34,566 nt of DNA from Rotaria socialis (Eukaryota). The notes beneath the pieces are model-generated. The model saw only the letters and a list, made by a program, of their open reading frames with translations. It was not told where the DNA came from and did no database searches. How positions within the stretch are numbered: position 1 is the stretch's first letter; the number at the start of each line of letters is the position of its first letter. Made by a program: the position numbers and the translations under genes. Of this stretch, positions 25,609 to 34,566 are shown piece by piece. Location of the stretch: NCBI GenBank assembly GCA_905331295.1, contig CAJNYD010000157.1:119887-154452 (forward strand), written 5' to 3'.

Positions 25609-27718
25609 CTACCCAGCAAACATAATGAAATCGACCGTTTGCGATGGAGGCATGATGCTAAATGGTTGATTAGATCCTACTGTGCCCGAGTATCCTTCGA
25701 TCGTATGTGCATGATTGCCACTGTCAACGATGGAGATGCCTGTCAGTCCAGTATTGATCGTGTGTTTATGCCATCCATTATCGTTTCCTCCACCACCACC
25801 ACCTAACATAGCGTATTGGCCTTTAGAAAATGGACCATCGCCAGTGACACCACCATGATTGTGGCCTGGATCTTCAACTCTATGACCGTGATTACCTGTC
25901 GCAGTGGTTACGAAACTTCCTTTATCATGAGCGTGAAGAGGAAGATTATTAATCGAGAGAGTACGAGTGGCTGCTCCACTGTGTCGAATTCCAGGTGTTT
26001 CGTTTCTTCGAGAATCCAAACCCAATGGAAATCGACCACGAAAGTCAGGCACATTGAAGGTCGTTTCTCCGTTTCCAGAGCCAAATGATACACCAATAAC
26101 CGAAAATAAACGCTGATATTCTTCACGCAATAGAGCTTGCCCGTGACAGAACACCCAGTCTTTTGGTAAGGATGATGCGCTGCCTGTGTACAGTTTAATT
26201 TCGCCTGTAAGTGGCCATGAATACATACTCTTTAATGATAGCGGTTTATTCATTATATTTATTGTCCGTACAATAGCCCCATTTTCACTCTCAGCGATCA
26301 GTTGCTTAGCAACAATTGCTACTTGAAGTCGATCCGTAATGTCATTCAGTTTATAGACACTGAAAGATTTGGGAATGATTTTTTGACCTTTCCATTCAGT
26401 TTCGATTGATTGTTGAGACAGCCACTGTCTGATTTCAGCTCCTGAAAAGATGGATTTTGTTGTCTTAGAGTTACCGTCTGACGATGATGACGATGATGCA
26501 CCATTACCACTGATACCAAATAAACCTGGAATGAAGAAACCACCACCACCTGACGAGCTCGATGATCGTGCGTATGCCTCGTTGAAATTGAAAAAATTGT
26601 CAGAATAATTGTGACTCTCTGTATGGGTTTGATTATAAATGAACAGCTTATTTATTTCGTTTGTAATTGTATCGGGATTCAAGTCGGATGATGACCAAAC
26701 TTGCTCGTACAATTTTGCATCAAGTTTGATCTGATCAGAGAAAGCAAACCCTAATAATAGAAAACAACCGATTAAAGCCAACATTAATTGTTCTCTGAAT
26801 ATGCAAACCTTGTTGTAGCAATGAAATGAATTGATCATCTAAGCCGGAGGATAATGACGACATATTTACGTTTTCTCTTTCCATATAAATCATTTTCTTC
26901 ACATTTATAAAGTATTTGCTCAAAAATGATGTTCCTTGGTTTCGATGAATATACTGTGCATTTTTGTTTCCACCATCGGCGATTGTTTTGCTGAGCACAC
27001 TTTTGAGTTGGTCACTGGTGATGGAAATCATATTCGTCGAGATTTGTTTGAAACCAGCAAAGCGAAATGCCATCTCAATTTCATAATATCCATCGATAAT
27101 GTTTTTTACGATGTCTTTTGCATTTTCTGCTGAAGAGCATTGAAAGCGACATATCATTGTCAACTGATTTGGATGAAGAGCTTTGTACGGATAGACAGCT
27201 TCAACAGGCAAATTAGTGCCTCGGACAATATAGGCTGTTAGTGAATCAATCATCAATGGAACCACATCTCAGTAATTCGAGTACTGAGCAACGGAAAGAG
27301 GGTACTTTTTTATTATTGCTCTTCTAGCCATTTCTTCAACATCTGGATTGCTCAACATAAGTTTGACTCTGATCTCGCTATTTACTGCAAATATCCATTC
27401 ATCATTTGTATTGTCCGTCTGAAATGGTAGCATAATCGGTACGAAATAGAAAATCCACTTTTGAGGCGTTTGAGCATTGTCATTTTCATTGGATAGTGCA
27501 TGATAGACGTAAATTTGATTGCCTTGGTAACTGAAGACGGTTAGCACTTGACTATTTACGATGGCAGTAGCCAAACTTGATTTTCTACCTAGTAGATGTC
27601 GACTTGTATCATTCATTATCACCGGTGTACCAGATGTCACACTATTTGAATTGGTCGGAACTGCGACAACATTGATCCTGAAGATCGAGAAAAGAATGAC
27701 AACTAAATGTATTAGCAT
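25609..27718 (-). CDS. Secreted protein: unknown N-terminal domain + phage tail-collar (PF07484-like) + HxH fibre tip; 2 exons (27718-26809, 26750-25609), ~683 codons, one in-frame TGA (possible pseudogene)
   Basis: Signal peptide MLIHLVVILFSIFRINVVA; NY*DVVP keeps the frame across TGA at 27271-27269; a 58-bp GT-AG intron (26808-26751) joins LQQ-G-FAFSDQ; collar GEIKLYTG..LPKDWVFCHGQ..EYQRLFSVIG..FGSGNGETTFNVPDFRGRFPLG; five HxH motifs; ends PFSIMPPSQTVDFIMFAG. Confidence 0.85.
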
Positions 27719-29084
27719 CAGACTCTGATTAGTTTCTTGAAGATACATATCTAGAATCAATGAAAATGAATCTCGTCTATCAACAATTCGCACAGTGAAC
27801 GACTGACAAAATTAGATAAATCTCCAATATCGTTCTCACTAACAATAATGTAATCTATGTCAATATTTTCTCGAGCTGAGTGTGTGGATGTGGGTCTTCT
27901 CTTCATTTACTCCCACACCCACACCCATCCTAATAACAAATACTCAAAAAATTCAGAAATATCTCAAATATATATTATTTATTCCTATTTTGTACATCGA
28001 GCGAACTAGTAACGGAGGGGTAAGTGCTGAGCAAATGCTGAGGTCCCAGCAACCCTCCCCCTCCCCAGTGATTTAGACAAACCACAGACAAGAAACTAAT
28101 TGAAATCTTCAATTTCTATTCCAGGCAAACAAATAAACACGACACCAAACCTAAATAGTACTTAACATTTCGACGTGAAATATTCTTCCTAAAACCTATG
28201 GCGTCCGAACATCTACAGCCATACTCATTGTAGACTGATGAGATCATGGAAGCCTGTAAAACTTTAAAGTGAACGAATAAATTAAATTAATAAGCGTCTC
28301 TATTATTGACACTATTAATTAAATAATTTATCATCGCTGAGGAGAGCAAAAGACGGGTAAAAAGACTTGTCCAAAATTAGCTGTAGTCCACATATCACGT
28401 CTTGACTACTCAATTAACAGGCGTCTTCTTTATGATATTTCTAATTTTCTTTCAGAAAAAGACTAGGCACGTGTTATCGCCTTGACGGGAGTCAAAAAGT
28501 GATACAAATAAAATATATCAATGGAGCTGTGGCGCCACATATTAGTGAACTAAGGTTGCGTTCGGACTAGTCAGTTTTTCAATATGAAAGTATAGTTATT
28601 ATATGAATATTAATCATGAATCCAATCTCATGTACTTTCAAAGTTTTTAGCTTGTGAGAACAATTGTTTCTTAGAAAAACAATTATTTAGGGAACTTTTA
28701 ATAATATTTTCCGGTCATTCTTTTTATCAAAATCGATTCATCTTAATAGTAAAAATAACTTGTTAGTATAAAAATAAATCATAGGATAATTTAGACTACA
28801 ATAAAAATAAATATTTTTAATGATTTCTAGAGTTTACGATTAAACTTTATATAATTATTCTATCCGAATGTACATTTAAATTTAATCTGACAGAATTAAT
28901 GATTTCAACGAAATAAAATGTAAATTTATTATAAAAAAATAACTAAATAAAAAAATTACAGTCTGTTATAAATGAGTAACGGAGCGTTAAAAACGTAGAT
29001 CGGAATACCCAACATACAATAAATATTGTGTTTTATTTTCCCATGGCACAGTTTCAGAATTCTAAATCAAGACACTTAAGTCGT

Positions 29085-29450
29085 TTCTGACTAGACAGAA
29101 AAATTCAAGTTTAATTAATTCTTCATTATCAACTAAACAGACGGAAGTCATCTTGTAATTTAGACTATCAACTGACGTATATATATCCCTATAATATGTT
29201 TTACCGTCTGGACGCCCGTCAGTTATTAAATAATATCGGTCTGTGTTCGACTCCATCTATGAACAATCGGACTAGACATAATTGGACTTCAGGGCGGTTT
29301 GGTCTAGTCTAGACATGGTGTAGGACGTTTTTTGTCCCGATAACTAGTCATGATGGACGCAGTGGACATCTCAGACTAGACTTGGACTATCTTATGGACT
29401 CTTCAAACTAGTCATGTAGCCCGTCCTCACAATTGTTTTGCTCACCTGGG
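29085..29450. repeat. Degenerate TIR-element relic with GACTAGAC/GGACT subrepeats
   Basis: Multiple GACTAGAC, TCTAGTCTAGAC and TGGAC motifs; right end TTGCTCACCTGGG; left boundary uncertain. Confidence 0.4.
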
Positions 29451-30959
29451 CAGTACCTATCGATTTATATGTCGCTTACAACTGGTTCTTAACTTCAACT
29501 TGGAATCGCAACACTCGTAAGACAAGGACAAATTGTTTCTTTTAGTTTCTCCTGTAGCTATTCACAGAGTGCTTATTTTATAGTTTCAACGATGATTCTT
29601 GTTTTCTTCTTCTTTCTCTCGGTTTCTTCCAATGCCGGGTTACCGTTAAATTTCCCCCTTCCACCCCTATCAATTATGCATTTTCTCCAAAGGCAGTTGT
29701 CACATAATTTCGTCAGTACGTAACAAAAATCAATTTGGATACATCAAGTTGTATCCTCGAGTCTGCTGAGGGCACGGAAAGAATTGCTAACAAAGAAGTT
29801 TATTTTCTGCATCCCTTCGTTCTTCAGAACCGTACTAGTTCAAGAATCCTTTCTCTTGTGCTTCATGATTCAAAAATATGAGAATTATTCATGCCCCGTA
29901 AACAGCGGTTTTCTCCAAGATATGGCAAGAATGTTGTACTGTTATGTAAATAACAATGAGCATTGGTGATGAATTTCATCACTATAAAGCCTTGTACGCA
30001 AATCACCACATAACATTCATGACCATATTTTCATGTTTAAAAACTTCAGTGGTGGAATATGTTGAAAAAATGCGGTTTTCTCTCACAGTATGCATGATGA
30101 ACGAAAGTAAGACAAATAGGTAACTAGCATCTTTGTTTTTTTGAATATCTATATCATCGAAAACCATACTCATTTACTTCCTTACATTACTTTTACTTCA
30201 TATCCTATATGTCAAATATACCGCGAAGTATGAAATCGAATCAAATTTATGCTCAAGTAAGTAAACGAACTTATACACGTCTAAGCCAATTATGGTACAC
30301 TATACATGTAAATTTGTCACATATTATAGAGGAAGCATGGATATGGTCGAGGTAAAGATACCGCATGTGTATTCGAGTATTATTAATTATTTTAAGTTAA
30401 AATATTCAACGAAGAAACGCTGTCTCTATAATTAACAAGAATATATTAATATTTCTAATATGATAATTACCGAAAACGAACATGAATAGATGCAGAATGT
30501 GGGTGGGCGTGTGTGTACGTATAGACACCAGTGAATATAGCAGTAACACCCCCCACCCACATATTTTTCGCGACGTATTGTCTTGCGACCATTTGTCCTA
30601 GCGCCCATTTGGCAGTGGAATAGTATTTAAAGAGTATTCTCGAATTGATTCCGTTGACATTTTAAAACTATGGTGCAATTCAACTGAAAAAGTATTATTA
30701 TTGCTTATAGTATATTCAATTGTTGCAATTCAAAAACTCTTCATGTTTCATATAATCAGTAAGTTATAATATAGAGAAGCTAGGGAATATTTATTTACTG
30801 TAGAATATAGTCGCAACTTCACAACAACGACAAGCAATTTATTTTGAGAGTGTGCGATAGGCTTCGGTATTTTCTTTACCATCACCCTACCACATATAGC
30901 ATACAATACCAAAAGGAATTGAGAACAAAAAAACAACGAATATGTATTGGAATTGTTCG

Positions 30960-32315
30960 TCAAGTTTGTGCAGTAGGTGCTAACATTTGATGGAAATTGT
31001 GAAATTTGTCTCTAATCAGCTTCTTCAATTCATGATTGTATATAAACAAATCGATGATAATTAGCATGTCACCAACTATTGACCAAAGCTGCAAAATGAC
31101 GTAAACGACTGGTGATACGACTGCTGCATAGTCTATAGCAATATTCAAAAAGTTAGGGCACCAGCCTGCCATTACAACAATAAACATAATGATTGAGTGT
31201 TGTAGTAGATGACGGTCACGACGACTTAATTTTATTGTTCCGGCGTTGGCATCAGTTGTACCAGCAGTTTGTGATGCAGGCTGGATACGTTTTGAAGATG
31301 AATAAACTCGAATAAAAATAAGCAGATTGAAGACCAGAGAAATTATTGCCGGAAACACAACAACCATAGCCGTTATGTAAAACCAGACCCATCTTGGAAT
31401 AAAACAATACTGCAAGCAGAAAAATAATTTCTTAAGTCGTTAAAGCTCTCAAATGTCAACTGAAGTGTTTGAAGTACATTCGCTCGAAATTTCTCGACAT
31501 TCAGTTTTGCATTTAGCTTCGATGGATATTGAATATTCATCAATAGAGATGTGCACACGACACTGTTTTTTGTTCTTTTACACTTGCCCTAACAATGACG
31601 AAACTCTTGAAATAAAACTCATTCAATGGACATTATAGGCTGGCATCAAGTGTTGGAAGTGACATCTTCCGATAGATAAAGATGTCGACTGTGAACTGAG
31701 ATCTTTTCAATTATTATGAACTCATAAATATTATATGCTGTCAACTTTGCCAAGTGGCAACCACTAAGCCGTTCACCGATCTAGAAAACTAACTTTGAAT
31801 AGCCGATTTCAGCATTCGATGTAGATTCAAACTCTGCTGAGCGTTCAGTATTAAATTATCGATTAAAAGCAATTACTCACCGGCATACTAACTACACCAA
31901 GGGGAATAGATACCACAATGGCAGCTATCCATTGCAATCCAATAGAAAAAGCCACCCATGCTTTTGTTTTAAAAAATTGTCTTTGGTAATGAACAATTGT
32001 ACAGTATCGATTAATCGAAATTAGCACGATTGCAAAAGTAAATTCACAATCGCATGCCAGAATCGAAAAGAAAAGCAGATTACAAGTGCTCGCCGCAAAT
32101 AAGCCATCTACATCATATTGATACATAAACGTAAAGATAATCCAAAATACCATGCACACAATGGCGCCACAAGCTATATTGACAGTTAGAATATTGTGAC
32201 GATGACGAAATCGTTCGATTAATAAAATTGGAACGATGTAAAAGACAGCCAGAACCAGAACTATTGTATAACCACTAATTTTACAATAATTGAGAAAAGT
32301 ACTAATGTTCAGCAT
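30960..32315 (-). CDS. Rhodopsin-like 7TM GPCR, 2 exons (32315-31881, 31409-30960), 294 aa
   Basis: Exon 1 TM1-4 with ISINRYCTIVH (DRY-like) and TM4 Trp; CCG|GTGAGT donor and TTGCAG|TAT acceptor are phase 0 (471-bp intron); exon 2 TM5-7 with GWCP and DLFIYNHELK. Confidence 0.85.
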
Positions 32316-33094
32316 TGTTTCAAAATTTACAGTGTACAAGAAGTATCTCACAAAAAAATTGCACAAGACTCGTTTGCAATCAAAACCTGGGAAGATCAAG
32401 TAATGAATCGAGAGAATATTTCAGTAAGCATTATAAAAAGAAAAAGATTCCAAGCACTGCTATGATTTATTAGAGATTTAAAAAAAATACTGTAGACATT
32501 AATTGGAATAGTCGAAGCATAGTTGAGAACCAGCAGCATGACGTATTTTTTGAAATGAAAGAATATATCAATCATTTATTTATAAGTTTTTCTTCGTGAG
32601 GCTTGTGTTTATATTTCTGCATGTGTTTTTATTTTATTTAACAGAGTTGAATTATGATATATTTTAATCCAGTAATCAATACTACTATAAATAGATGCAA
32701 GAACTATTTTTCTTTGTCGAGTACGAATTATACGTAATTATTTCATCTTAGAGCCACTTATCTATCGTTGTCGGCAAGACTTCGATAGACAACATGATGC
32801 TAGTGCTAGTCATCAAATGGATATATGTTTGATTTAATAGAAGTGTCAAGAAATGAATCAACGTATTGCTGAGCATGTATCTGTAGGCAGCAAAACGTTA
32901 GTACTCAACTACAATCTCAAATGACTAAAATAATTCATAAAGAGGATACGATCCTTCAAAATATTGTTTATCTTATGGTAGTTGTTCGTACACAAATTTC
33001 ATCAGGTTATTTATCAATGAGGCAGTTTAATTCACATTATTCGATCAAACACCAGTCGATGTGTTCTGTGTAGGTTCTTTTGTATCTATAGAAA

Positions 33095-33466
33095 GAAAGA
33101 AGAAAGAATACCCTTGCCTTGCGGCTACCTTTCAGTATAGGGTGTTGTCCGGAGACAATTTCAAGAGCCCGATATTTTTCCTACAACTATTACTAGCTGC
33201 AGCTCTGGACAGAAGGCCGGCCTGACTCAGAGTTTCTTCCGCTTAATTACTTAAGCTTCCCATGCATACTGACTAACCACATACTATCCATGAGGATATT
33301 TTTATGTATGTCACATGTAATCAGCTTGCTATCGGATGGGTGATCCGAGACAAAGCAGCCGTTAGTAACTTGTCCAAGGTTATTCTATGGATGATGGCGC
33401 CGAGGTTTGAACACACTATCTTGTGGATATGTGTCGAACATCTTAACCATTCAGCCATAGCGGCTC
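33095..33466 (-). mobile_element. tRNA-derived SINE (372 bp) with CORE-like segment and TTCT-rich tail
   Basis: A box TGGCTGAATGG (33457-33447), B box GTTCAAACC (within 33414-33404), ACCTTGGACAAGTTACTAAC, 3' GCC-GCAA-GGC hairpin, TTCT-rich tail; perfect 13-bp TSD GTATCTATAGAAA at 33082-33094 and 33467-33479. Confidence 0.88.
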
Positions 33467-34566
33467 GTATCTATAGAAACAATTCATTATCCAGCAAATT
33501 ATCACATTTTTCGTGTTTCTTTAAAGTAACAATGGATGTCTTATGAGACTAGAAAATATACTGACTGCGCATTTTGTTCTACACAGCCCTTCTTCTGCAA
33601 TAGACAACGCTATTAAAGTCACTCCATTCTTCAGCTCAGTGTGAGTACGATCCATCTGACACTCGACACAAAAGTAGTATGTGCAACAATGAACGCCTTC
33701 AACACTTATTCTTGATGAGGCATTCATCGTTCTGGCTGGTCACTAAGAAACAGTCAAAGTGTGAAACTAACGCATGAATTGATGTCATAAAATGTCACTA
33801 GTGTATAAAAGAAGATTATTTTTCACATAAGTTTTTCTCACACAAACTATTTATCCGGAAAATTCAATTTTATTGTCGGGTATTACAGTTGAATGTACAT
33901 AATTATATAGTTGTCACTTTTAATCATGGTCTTGTATTGAGAGCAACAGTGCTAGTGATATTATCTACGCTTAAAAAGTTCGTTATTATTATGCGCCATT
34001 CTAACTCAGCATTCATGATCATCTACATCTAGTTTTTTTAGGAAGTAGCGATCTCATACATATACAGCTATTGTTTCTACTAGAAAAAAGTCATCAAAAT
34101 CCATAATGTTGATTAATCGCAAACCATATGTTTTCCACTGGCCTAACTACAATGAGCAAGAAAATGAACAGCTACTTTCTAAAGAAAAAAGCTCAGCGTA
34201 ATGTAAAATGTGTTGCGCTGCTTTTTCTGTTTTACTTGATGAACTTCCTATTGCTCCATTCACAGTTTTCGACAGGCAGTCGAACCGATTAATGAACTAA
34301 TTATAACAACCATCGATGTCAAGTTAGCACGCCGCAACGAGTTGGCACCGGTTAAGATAAGCTACACTCACACGCTACACACAATAGTGTGTGTAGCTTA
34401 TCATTTTGATTTAAACCAATCAAATTGCGTTCCACACAATACCCATCTTTCTTCTGTGATACCAGAATGATGCGACACTTTGTACTTGTACATATACACA
34501 CACATATCCACTGATCAATAAACGATCAAACCAAACCAATATAGATTTTTTTAGTTTTATAGTAAC

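Noticed and set aside
25609..26838. Prophage or bacterial contamination; also the apparent signal peptide MLALIGCFLLLG in the 409-aa ORF
   Set aside because: No other phage genes and the neighbours are metazoan; that hydrophobic stretch is translated intron (26808-26751).
28212..28260. Possible hammerhead ribozyme (TCTACA/TGTAGA stem followed by CTGATGA)
   Set aside because: No stem II plus GAAA and no correctly placed NUH cleavage triplet.
33393..33466. Functional tRNA gene
   Set aside because: A and B boxes are present but no proper cloverleaf; it is the head of a TSD-flanked SINE.

Overview
AT-rich eukaryotic genomic DNA with short GT-AG introns (mostly 54-66 bp). The gene repertoire (divergent rhodopsin-like GPCRs, ART-TPR, NHL repeat, maT transposon relic, TGTGGG-like repeats) suggests a bdelloid rotifer such as Adineta or Rotaria; this is inference. 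The left part holds intact-looking genes: a GPCR, a 3-exon aristaless/Arx homeobox gene with OAR motif, a 2-exon flavin monooxygenase, a 3-exon membrane protein, a small secreted bacterial-type cadherin-like beta-sandwich protein, and an FSPRLamide neuropeptide precursor. The middle (~15.8-28 kb) is rich in transposons and gene fragments: ART-TPR, a PTP fragment, a decayed DD37D/maT transposon, an NHL exon, CCC...GGG-ended MITEs and a CWC22 pseudogene. The most striking item is a spliced, signal-peptide-bearing gene fusing a large unknown domain to a phage tail-collar plus His-x-His fibre tip, with one in-frame TGA. The right end holds a 2-exon GPCR and a 372-bp tRNA-derived SINE with a perfect 13-bp target-site duplication. 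All calls are by eye; no database searches were run.
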